From: Parcubacteria group bacterium Gr01-1014_31
GTDB lineage: Bacteria > Patescibacteriota > Patescibacteriia > Buchananbacterales > GWA2-38-13
DNA: 64,000 bases
Direction of reading: 5' to 3'
Assembly (NCBI GenBank): GCA_007376135.1
Contig: VMFR01000006.1
Location: forward strand, 3,273 to 67,272
Made by a program: the position numbers and the translations under genes. The notes under the pieces are model-generated. The model searched no databases, had not been told where the DNA came from, and saw nothing but the letters and a program-made list of their open reading frames with translations. Shown in pieces: positions 19,701 to 31,700 of this stretch (its first letter is position 1; each line of letters starts with the position of its first letter).

Positions 19701-22700
19701 GCCGATACCAGTATCGAACGCGTAGGATTTGATCTCGCCGGAACGCTCGAACAGGGTCAGCGCCTTGACGTTGCCGCGCGGCGGATTGACGCAGTCAGCA
19801 GAACTGTTGCAGATGGCGCCATGGAAACGGCCGCCCACGCAGCGGGTGGGGTTGTTCAGCACGCGGCAATTGTCCATCGGCCGGTACGTTTCCTGGCCCG
19901 GGTCCCACCCCAACGGCGGCCACCCGGGGCGCTGGCAACTTTCGCCTTCATTATCCCGGCGGAATCCGACCGTGAAATCATCCACGTTCAGCGAGGCGTT
20001 GTTGCCGAAGATGACCGGGCTGGTGATGGCATTCTCCAAGGCCAGTTCAAAAGCGATGGGGTCGTTGGCCAACGAACGGTTAATCTCAAAGTTTGATCGA
20101 AGCGAATACCACCCATCACCTAGGTCCTGCACCCAAACAGGCTCCCGCAGCGGCAGCCGGAACCCGAGGCCATCGCCAAGGACCGGCCCGTCGGGCGGGT
20201 CTTGGCAACTGACCCGGTACTCCAGCCCGTGCAATGGGGCCTTGACCTGGAAGCGGGTGCAGGCGCGGATGGGACGGAATCGGAGGCGGCCCACCATCTG
20301 CGGGTCGGACGGCCTGACCCTTGCCTGCATGACGTACTTGACCGGATAATCCGGCGAGGTCTGCAGGAACTGCGGATTGCGCGCGCTGCGCAGCGCCAGG
20401 TACTGCCCGGGCGCGAGATTCTGGATAAGGATCTCGGCGCTGTGCACGCCGCGGTAGGCGCGGGCGTGGTTGTTGCTGGGGTGAAAATCGCTCAACCGCC
20501 GGTAGTCGGTCGCCTGCCGCAGGTGGGCGTCCGCGCCGGCGCTGGCGAACATCTGCCAGCCGTTCAGCCCGTCTTCAAAGCTGGAATTCCCGACGAGCTG
20601 GTCGGTGAGCTGGTCGTTGTCCGAGTCGATGCAGGAATCGCAGCGGTACCCGGTGCCGTCATTATCATAGTCCTCCTGGCCGGGGTTGAACCCCTGGCTC
20701 AACTGCGCGCCGGTGAGCTGGCAGTTGTCGCGTCGACAGGATTCCGCCGGTAACCCCGACCCCCAGCCGTCGCTGTCGGGGTCGGTGCACAGGTCGCACG
20801 CGTCGCCCCACTCGCGTCCGTTGGGCCACACCTGGCCGGCATGCACGTCCGGCGACTGCTGCTGGCAGAGCTCGGCCCGCACAACGCCGGCGCTGTCAAA
20901 ACACGTGTTAGGTGCGATGGTGCAATCGCGTCCGGCCTCACCCGGGCGTGCCGTGGCGATAACTCCGCCACCGATATCGACTTGCGCCACACAGTACCGT
21001 CGCTGCTGTGCGGCCGGCACTGCGAGCGCGCCATCGCTGTTCGTTTGCGACGGGTTGTAGACGGTCGGGCAGTTGTCCACCGCGTCGCATTGGCCGTCGC
21101 GATCCAGGTCCTGCGCGCAGTTGGTGTCGCAGGCGTCGCCGGTGTTGTCGCTGTCCGCATCGCGCTGATCGGGATTGGGCACGTCCGGGCAGTTGTCGGG
21201 GCGGTAGCCGTACTGCGGGTTATCCAGCCCGTTCTCGCACACCCCGTCGTGGTCCAGGTCGTTCTCCCCGGAATTCGGGCACGGGTCGCAGACATCGCCA
21301 AAGCCATCCACGGTGGACCAGATCTCAAGCTCGGAAAGCCGGTCGGTCGGGGGCGAGACATTGGGAATATCCGTGCCCGTCGTACGGTAGAGACGGACGT
21401 ACTGCGCGTACTGCTCGGGGAAATTATACATGACGCCCGGCGGGTCGCAGATCGGGTCGTTGGGCGGGTTGGTCGATGTCGGGCAGTTCACCCCGCGATG
21501 GTCCGTGAAGTTGCTGATCCGCTCCTGAACGCCGATGAAACGGCCGGCCACCGTGCCGGGCCAGTTGTTCTCGGTCGCGACCACCGTGAACTGGCCGGCG
21601 CTAAAGAAGGGGTCATTGCTCACCTGGACCTCAAAGCGCTGGAAGAAGGTGGTCGGCGTCCCGGGATTCGGGAACACCCGCACTTGGTTGAACCGCATCG
21701 CCCGCCCCAGGTTGATGCCAATGTATGCGTTCTGGGTATGCCCCGCCTGGTTCACGTTGGCCGGCGCCCAATAGGAGACATTGTCAAAGAAGTGGCCGGA
21801 ATTGACGTTATCCGAGGTAAACGAGAAGAACGGGCTGGAGATCGGTTCCTTGCCGCGCGCAATGTTGGTCGGGTTGATGTCCGAATCCATCTGCCAGCAG
21901 GTCCCGGCATTGCCGCACTCGCGATTGGTGCCCGACGGGCAAAGCGTGCCGTCCGGCTGCGCGCCGCCGAGACACTGGTACGGATTCGCATTATTGGGGC
22001 AATTATCCTGGTCATCGCGCACGCCGTCGCGGTCCGCGTCGCCTTCGCCCAGCGCCAGGAAATTGAAGCAGGCGTCGCCCATGCCCGAGACGCTTTCCGA
22101 ACCTTCACGCCAGCCGCCGCGCTCCTTGGGGAATTCCAGCCGCGTGTAGAGCCGGTACCCCTGCCCATTGCGCGTGCGGTCCACGCTGTAGCCGTAGACG
22201 TACGCCCGCAGCGGGCAGCCGAACCGCAGCCCCTGCTCATCCCAGCAGGTTTTGCTGTCGTATGGCGGAATGCAGCCGACAAACTGGTTGATGGGGTCGG
22301 TCGGGGGCACGCCGCCCAATTGCTGCGCGAACGTCTGCCCCCACGACGGCCAGACCGAGAAACTGTGGCCCGGCACGTAGGTGCCGCCCGTGAACTCGCG
22401 CCGCACCGCGTCCCACAGCGGGAAACCGCCGCGCTTCCGGGCCGATGCGCGCAGCGCCAATTGCAGGTCCTGGAGCTGACCGAACCGGATGGCGTCGCGG
22501 CGGATCTTGGACTGCGGATTCAGACAGGAATTATCCGCCTGACCCGGGCAATCCAGGTCATTAGCGCAAGCGACGTTGCTGCAGACGCCAGCCGTGCCGC
22601 AGGAATCCCCGACGCCCGGCTGGATGCACACACCGGCAGTGCCGGCGTCGCCATCGCCGTCACAGGGATTGCCGGCAGCGGCACAGCCGGCAAACACGTC

Positions 22701-25700
22701 TCCGGTATCGCTGCACCGCAACGCGCTACAGTTGCCGCCCGCCTCGCTGCAGGACATCGCCGCGCACGCGCCCACGGACACCAGGTCGGTATTGAACTTC
22801 CAGTTCCGCGACAGCTCGTCAAAAATGGACAGCGTCTGCTCGCCCGCGCCTTCGTTGTAGGACATCAGGTAAATATTGGCGAACAATTTTTGGGCCTGGC
22901 ACACGCCGCCCGCGCATGGGCCATTGTTGCCGACCGAACAGACCGCGCCGTTACTATCGCACGCGCTGTTGTCGCCAGCCGTCAAGGTGACCAAATTGGT
23001 CGCGCCCACATATACCGTGCGACCGTCGCGGATCGCGGAGTACCCGTCCACCAAGGTAGACTGGGGCGACTTGCCGCGGTTGGGCACATTGTAGACGCAG
23101 CGGCCCGTGACACAGTCGGCATCGCCGAAACACAGCCCATTGAGGGACGCGATATCCTCGGGTTCCGAGCAGGTACCGCTGCCGTCGGCGCAGGTCGCGC
23201 CGAGCGTCCGGCCGGCACAATCGACGACACTCAAGTTGTCGCTGCAGCGGAACGACGCGTTGGAGCAAATACCGCTCGCGTACCAGGTGCCGGGCGACAC
23301 GCGCCAGGGGTTGGCAAGTACCTGCACGCCGATGACGTCATGCTTGATATTCGCCTTGCCGAACCCGATACGGCAGACGGCGATGGTCTCATTCCCGTTC
23401 TGCGTGGCGTCATCGTTCTCATAGCGAAACGCGACCAGCAACGGCCGCCCGGCATCGACGTCGCTGCGCGCCTGACCAAGGTCAAAGGTAACGATCTGCC
23501 GGCTGGAGAGCTCCAGCGACGGGAGGATACGCGCCTGTTCCGGCGCGTCCACCGCGCCATCGCGGTCATGATCAATCGCGATGGAGATCGCGCTGGCGGG
23601 CTCGAAGTCCGGGTCGTTGTTCACCACCTCGAAAGCAACCTGGTAGTGCCCGGTTTCCGGGACGTTCAACGCATAGGCCAGCTGCACGACCGCGCCGGTA
23701 TTGCCCATCATGCACTGTGTATCGCCGGCCGATCCGGTCCTCGCCATCAAGGTGGTCAAAAAATTGTTGGACCCCGCCACCTGCATGTCCGTACCCTGGA
23801 TGATCTGCACCGCCGGCGTCTCCTGGAAATAATTCAAAGGGAAGAGGAACTGCTTGGGCAGGCTGGACGCGCGCACGGTCGGCGGCGCCTGCACCGGCGG
23901 CAGGTCGTCGTTAGCCGACGGCGTGCGGTTCAAGTCGCGGCAGTAGAAGAGCTCAAAATTGGTGTAGGGGGCTTTGTTGTCCGTTGCTCCCGCGCCGATG
24001 GGAAACACTGACGTATCCTTCCACGGGAACACCCATGGATCTGGCCAGGGGTTGGCGCAGACGAAATTCGTGATATCCACCAGCTGCTCGGCACGGCCTT
24101 GTGTAGCGCCCGAACCGGTCGCGACGACTGCCACGCGTGCCTCGCCATTCACGAACGTGTTGGTGGTAATGAGCGTGGAATCATCCAGCGCGGTCGCGGT
24201 GGTGCACCCCGCAACCACGGAACACGACAGATTGACGGCGCCGTTCACGTCGTAGGCCTCGCGCCACTGATAGGTGACGGATGCCGCCGGCTGGCCCGCG
24301 CTGCGGTCATAGCACTCCGCGTCATAGGCGTGCTGATTGCCGGTAACTGCGAGGTCTAAATCCCCCTGGCAGGTATTGCCGGCGCAAGCGAACTGGTCCT
24401 GGAAACCGTAGACTCCTTTGGGCATCAGCCAAGCGCGCACCGCGTCGCACCGGCACTGCCGCGCGCCCCGCGCAATGGAGAAGTCCCAATGCACGTCGCC
24501 GCCGATACCGCCGTTCAAAGGCAGCCCGGAAACGCCGACGATCCGGTCGGCCCCGACCTTCAGCACCATATGGTAACGGAGGTCGGCCGTATCGCTGGTA
24601 GGCAAATTGGTCGGCCGCACCACGCTCAAGCGCTCGGAGATGGGGTTGTAGGCCAATTCTTGAATAAGGTTTTCGTCCGGCATGCAGCCGCCGCCGTCGG
24701 TGTAGTCCGTATCGCTGCACAGCAGCACGTTGTCGTAGAAACCGGTGCCGTCGCGGCGCAGGAGCGACTCGCGGTCCATCGGCCCGTCAAAGGTGACCGA
24801 TATCTGCGGGCTGGAACAGTTGACGACCCCCGCATCCGTACAAGCGTCCGCGGTGCCGGTGGGCGTGCAGCGGTCCACTTGCGGAGCGCCGGCCAACGAC
24901 GCGCCGGAAATGCACTGGGCCGCCACCGCCTGATAGCGCGCTTCTATCTCCTGCGCGTCCATCACCCCTTGGCCGAGCTCAAGTTCATCGATATCGGCGC
25001 GGGCGTCGGTCGCTGCCATAATAAAGTCATTCCCAACGCGCAGACGGGTCGTCCCATCCACCACGATCGGCGCGACGGCTCCGCGGGCAACCACCGGGGG
25101 CTGGCCGTCAAGGCTCATGCCGACGACGACATCGGCGCCCTGGATCTCCCACGAGGCAACCACCAGGTGCCATTCATCGCCGACAGTGGCGAACTGCGCG
25201 CCGTTCATCGCTACCTGGATACCACCGTAGTTGATCCTGACGGTTGAAAACCCCCCAACCGAGGTGAAGATGATATTGAAAAGATCGTTCGTGGTCGCCA
25301 ACAATGTCCGGCTCGTGGCCAGCGACTCCCGTGACCGCAACCAGAGCGAAACGGTACCTTGCCGCGGATCGAACAAACCGGCTGCCGGGTACTCGAGCAG
25401 GTCGGTGTCAGCATCAAAAGTAACCGCCTGTCCCAGCCGCGCCGTGCCGCCGTCGGTCAAACCATTGTTGTACGTCAGGCCGACCTGCGTCGACGGTTCC
25501 AGAGTGCGGCCGTTGCCCAGGTCCAGCCTCGGCACGCCGTCAAAATGGCCGATTACCGTGGTGTCCACGCCGGGCTGCAGCGGGTAGATGTTGTAGCGCG
25601 TGCCGGAACGGTACGGCAGCTGGCACAGATTGCCGACCGCGAACCGCGCCAGACCCGACACCCCGTCGGGAGGATAGAACGCTTCAATATCCGCTTGCCG

Positions 25701-28700
25701 TGCGCCGACAAACGGCGTCCATTGAGCGACCGCGGTCACCGTCAACTGCCGGTTATTCGCGCCGGCAGCCCCCGGAGCGCCGGCAATCGCCGGGTCGCTG
25801 GTGATCTGCCGCCACTCCCACCGGTAATTGACCGTGGGTATCAACTGCGCCCGCTGCGCCGGGTCAATATCCATCCAGAAGGTGCCGGTACGGGTGACTG
25901 CCGCATCGCTGAAGCTCATCCAAATCCCGCAACCCAGAACGACCGTCCCCGCGCTGTCCATCCGCGCCGCGGGCAAAAAGCCGCCGGGCAAAGACACGCG
26001 GGTGGCGGCCGCGCAGTCGTTGGCCGAGTTGGCGGAGATGGCGTAGTTCACGCCATCGGTGCTCGCTGGACAGATGAAGACGTTCGCGCTGCACCCCAAC
26101 ACTCCCCCAAGGGTTGGGGTTCCCACCCCAGCGCCGATACGCGTGACCGCCCCACCCACCACCGTTGCGGAACGCAACGGTCCCACAAGCGACGCATTGT
26201 AAACCTGCGAGTCGCTGGGCCGGACCTGGGCGAACGCCGGGTCCACTTCCACGTCGGTCGCGCGGCACACCTGCGTGCCAGTCCGGAACGTCCACCTGCA
26301 CTCGCCGGGTCGGCAGACCAACGGCCGCGGCGTGGCGCTCGTATCAAAGATAGCTGCGGCATTCGTTTCAAGATCAACTTCGTAGGTCGCGTTCTGCGCC
26401 CAGCGCGACCCGTTCGGCGTAATAGTTACCGCGTTCCCATTGACGAGGATTTGGGTCGCCGGTGTCGTGATGCCGTACGCCCCGCCGTTCTCCGCAAGCC
26501 GAACCTGTGCCCGCACGGTTGCGATATCCGGCGGAGCGCTGAAATGAACTACAATGGCTTCGTTCAAACACGCCTCGGTTGACCCTTCCGGCTGTTTGGA
26601 GGTGATGCGGAAAGGCCCGCCCGCGCCGCCCGTACCATCCGTCGGCACGATGAACGTGCCGCGGCCGACCACCGTGCCGTCGGCAGCCGTAATATTCGCA
26701 GTCCCGACCCCAATAGCTTCTACCAACTGGTGTGGGCTGGTGATAGTGCTCGCCGTCCCCGTCAGCAAACAGCTGTTGGTACACCCGTCGGTGTTATCGC
26801 CGCCGTATTCGCCGGTATCGCACTCTTCCCCGGATTCAATGTTGCGATTACCACAGACCGAGATGGGCGCCGCTTGCGCGTTGCCGGCAATGCCGGTGGT
26901 TGTACAATTTGTGGCACAATTCCCCACCGCCGCGCCCCGCGGCCGCCGGTTGTTGGCAAAATCGCTAGACGCACAGGACCCATACCAGATGGGCGCCATG
27001 CCTGCACCCGCCCCGCACACCTCACAGGCCTCGCCTGGCCCAACGATTCCGTCGCCGCAGACCGAACGGCCAAATCGCGGTCCTTCCAGTTGGCAATTAA
27101 CGCCGCAACCGTCGCCGGACAGCAGGTTGCCATCATCACATTGCTCCTCGCCGTTCTCGGGGATACCATCACCGTCATTTTCCACGATGCCATTACCACA
27201 CGCCCACGAAGCTACGCTCCCCGGTCGCACGGTATTGCCGGTATCGGTATCGGGGTTAATCTGGCAGGACGCGTCGCAGTTGTCGGTCGCAACGTCCGGC
27301 CCGTTGTCGCATTCCTCCCCCGTTTCCATCACCGCGTTGCCGCAGCCGTTCGTGCCGCCTGCCGGCCCAAGGATTGCCGCAACACCTGCGGCGGACGACG
27401 CCCATAGCCAATCAATGCTGAACGGGTCCAGACGCTGGCCGAGCGGGTCGCAGGCATCCGGGGTCTTTCTGGGGATGGCCGTGTACGGCACCCGCTGGGG
27501 TGGATACGCCGTCACGGTCGGCGGCGACACATCCACCTTGCTCACCGCGCAGAGCGAAAAATTCTCCTGCACCTTGAACACCCAGGAGTAAGAATCCAGG
27601 GTGCCGTTGTTATCAGCGTCAAAATTCAGTTTGCCCAGGCCCTTGCCCTCGGTGCTGGCAAGCCCCGTATCCGCGCCTGCTGCGTCGGTATCCGAATCCA
27701 ACACCACGCGGTAATACACGCCGGGGATGAGACGGCCGCCATTGTGGGCGTTGACGGGGCTGAATGTGGCAATCGTGCCGCCGCCGGACACCGTCACGCC
27801 CGTCAGACTCACTAAATTATCCGGATTCGGCACACAGATATAATCAAGCCCGCAAACGTACAGCCGCGTGTGATTAGTGTTGGAAAGCCGGTTGGCGTCC
27901 GCAGCATCATTTTCCATCGGCAGGGAGAACTCCACGCCTAGTTGCGCATTGGGACACGCCGACTGACAGTCCGGCCATTTGCGCAGCACCACCGGGGTAG
28001 CCAGGTCAACGGAAATTCTACATATACCGACTTCTGTCGTCTGCGCAGGAATGGTCACGGAAACATTCGTGCCTGAAGTTTGGCCTTGGGCAGTCGCCGT
28101 CTCGCGCTCGGTGGTGCTGCCGCCGATACTGACGCGCGCGGCGTCGGCGGTTGCCCATAACCACGTTGATGTTCGCAAATCCAATAACATGCAGGCGTTC
28201 TCGCTCGACCATGCCTCACCGGTCAAGGGCTGCGTATCGCCGCGACTGTAAAGAGCCGCCTGTTCCGGACTGCAGCCGACGCACCCAACCTGACCGGGAG
28301 CGATGTTGTTACGAGTCCGGAATACCCAGACGAAATTGCCCGTGCTCGGGTCGGTATTGGCCAACTGCTCCCCGCTGGGCGACCTGATATCCTTAGTCAA
28401 CGTAACCCGATACCAATGATCTTCCTGGAGCGGCTGTCCTGGGGCAAATGGCGTGAGTGTCACATTGATCCGATGAGCGCGAACACCATGGTAGACCCAC
28501 TCCACCAACGGTGTAACGGCGCTGGCATGATTGGTGGTGGCATCACAAGTTGCTGGATCGAAAGTTGCCCCGGTACCACAAAGTTCGACTTTGACGGTTG
28601 ACAAGGTCACCGTCGAGGGATCGAGCAAGCGATCGATACTGGCCGAGATCAGCGCATTGACCGGGACCTCGCTGCCCGGCGGCGGCGTCGGGCTGGAGTA

Positions 28701-31700
28701 GCCGCCCACAGAGCAATCCAGCGTCCGGGTACATTGCTGGATCACCCGCGGGCCGACCTTACCGGTAATGAAATGCCACCGATAGGAGCTTTGCATGGTC
28801 ACGCCGCCGCAGGAACCGGCGGGCGCGCACGACCCACTGTACGGTCCCACCGCGCAGCATTCTTGCCCACCCGTGCAGGCTTCCTGGCCGCGGCAGTCGC
28901 CGACCGAAAACAGCAGCGGGTTGCTATTCACAGGACCCGGATTTTGCACCCGCACGTCGCCGGTCACCGCGCCACCAGGGACGGTTGCCGTTAATTGATC
29001 GGCGTTGCTGGGATCACCCGATAATGAAACCGATGAAGGCGGCGCGATTACCGTTCCTGCTGATGCAGTGAATACCACTTGAGAGTCCGCAGGTGGATTT
29101 TTTACGAACCGCTCGCCGTAAATCGTAATGCGCGCCGTGCCCGCCGGCCCGTTGTCCGGCTGCAGTTTGCAAATCCCAGGGCCCGCAGTGCCGCCGACCG
29201 TCAGGTCGTCAAGAGCCGGACCGTTGGTGTCGGCGCTCGTATCGCGCAAACCCGCATCGGTCACCACTTCAATGGGGCCGGTGACCGCGCCGGTCGGCAC
29301 CTTCACCAGGATTCTGCTGTCGCTCCAGATGTCCGAGCCGCACTGCGATGGGAAGGTGAAATTACCGTTCCGCTTGGCTGCCTCCGTACACCCGGCATCA
29401 CCGCAGAATTTTACCGTCCCGCTCCCCTGCCGCCCGCCAAAGTTGGCGCCGATGATGGTGAGGTAGTCTTCGATTGCCGCATTGTGCGGAGCAGCATTCG
29501 GCCCGCTGAATTCCAAAATAACAGGGTGGTCGGCGCCGGGCTGCACACGAAAACCAAGATTGTTGCTGGGCTGCGAGCCGTCCACTTCCAGCCACACCCG
29601 CACAAGGCCTGGCACCAAGCTCGGCACCACGCCACTGTTGACTTCGGTATTGTTCCAGACCGACGGTACGCCGAACGCTGCCAAGTGGCCGCCAAACAGG
29701 ATGCGGTCATTGGTTGCATCGGCGTCCGTGCGCAGTAGCCGGATACCGTGAATATGCACGGGGTCCTTGAATTCGCCGGACGTCGGGTCAAGCCGACAGA
29801 TGCCGGGCAAGACCGCAGCTGGGTTTACATCAAAATCCGGGATGGCACGCTCGGTGCTCCGCGGCGCGTTGTTTGTAATATCCTGCTGGCCGTCGCCGGT
29901 GGTGACGCGAATCGGACCGTCCACCGCTCCGGCCGGCACCACTACAATGATCTCCGTATCCGTCCACGTGTTACCACAGGCCGCATTCACCGAGCCGGCA
30001 AGCCCTGCCACCACCCATCCGCCGCCATTTGAAAATTCAACCACGCTGCTGCCTGCAACGTAGGCGCCAAAATTGCGGCCGATGATGGTTACGAGGTTGC
30101 CAACCGCGCCGAACGGCTGGTCATCGTTGTACTGGTCGCCGTCGGGGTCCACGGGCGTGCCGTCGTTGTCCGTCTGCACGTCGTTGGCCGGGCTGACATA
30201 GTCAATGAACGGCGGTTCCACACACAGACAGCTGGTCGTGCTGCAACCGAATGCACACACGCTGTCGTTGGGTTGACACGCGGGTGTCGCAGTGTCGATG
30301 TCGCACGCTACGCCGGAACACGCGCCGCACTCTGATCCGCCGCAGTCCACCCCAAGCTCACCGGCAGCGGCATCTTGGACGCCGTTGCAGCAATGCCCTG
30401 GCCGCACCTGGTAGGTGCGCTCGCTGCGCGCCTTGTGGTCGTCAAAATCAAAGGCCTCGGCGCGCACCCGCAGCGATCCGAGCGGATAACCCGTCAAATC
30501 CACCGCGATGTCGGCAGTACCCGCGGCCTCGCTGCCTGCGGGCGTATCGTAGTCCGGCCAAACGATGGCGGGGTTGGTCAGGTTATCGAACGCGACCAGG
30601 TCCACGCCGGAATCGGGGTCGGAATAACTGGCGCGCAAATGCTGGCCCACATCGGCGCAAATGTTACCGGGCAGCAGGTTCACTGATGGGGCCTGGAGGT
30701 CAACGATATCGTTGGTCTTAAAGAACCAGACGCACTGGGAGCGGCAGAAACCGCCCGTACCGCAAGCAGCGCCCAGCGCCCCGCAAACTCCTGCCGGGTC
30801 GCTGCAAAATACCGCCGGGTCGCAGCTCACTGCCTGCCCGCCACACTGCAGCGGCGGCTGCACCGTCACCTTGTATTTCCGGTCGGACCGGAAACACTTC
30901 GCGCCGGTACCGGGACAAAAGGAATCGTCGAGCGGCTTGAACTCAGCACGACGGCCATTCGTAGTGATGGTTCCCGGCACCGAATTACCCCCGCAGGTTC
31001 CCAAACACTCGCCGGACAAACAAGCGAAGTCTGACAGGCAGACATCGCCATTACTGCCGGTAGCACCCGGTTCCTCCAGTTGCACCAAAAAATTCGTCTG
31101 CAGGTCTGCGCCCTGCACCGGGCCTTGGTTAAAATTCACCCGCACCACCGAGTTTTTCACGCGGTTATCACGGTCGGGGCTGACTGTATTAATACGGCAC
31201 GCAAGCGTGGTTCCACCTGGCCCCGGACCCGGTCCTGGCCCCGGACCACCGCCGCCGGCAACCGGCCCCGTCGCGGAGACCAGCGAACGGATGACGAAAC
31301 TGACAATGGCAAACGCGCCAAAAATGAGGAACAGCCCGATGACGGCTTCCACCAGGATACGTTTGGCTCGGTCCACCTTCTGCGGGTCGCCAGCTGCCGT
31401 CATCCACAACCACCCGGCGTAGATGATGATGAGTACGGCCACGACTCCCAGGAACCCGAACAGGACCTGGATGATGCGCATGATGGTCACGCGCAAATCC
31501 TGCGTACCCCACCCCACGATTGTCCCGAATCCCAGCCCTTCGTTCACCGACGCACCCAGCTGCGCGAAAGCGGGAGCGGCGACGGCAAGTCCGCCCGCCA
31601 GCGTCAGGGCGGCAGCCAGGGTCAGGTATTTTGTGGAACGGGATGGCTTCAGATATCGCGGTATCAAGTATGAAGTATCAGGTATCAAGGAAACCGTGTC

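Noticed and set aside
20841-24011. 1056-aa plus-strand ORF and many other long antisense ORFs (e.g. 40614-41873, 57273-58907)
   Set aside because: Shadow ORFs opposite well-supported genes in GC-rich DNA, with no recognisable motifs.
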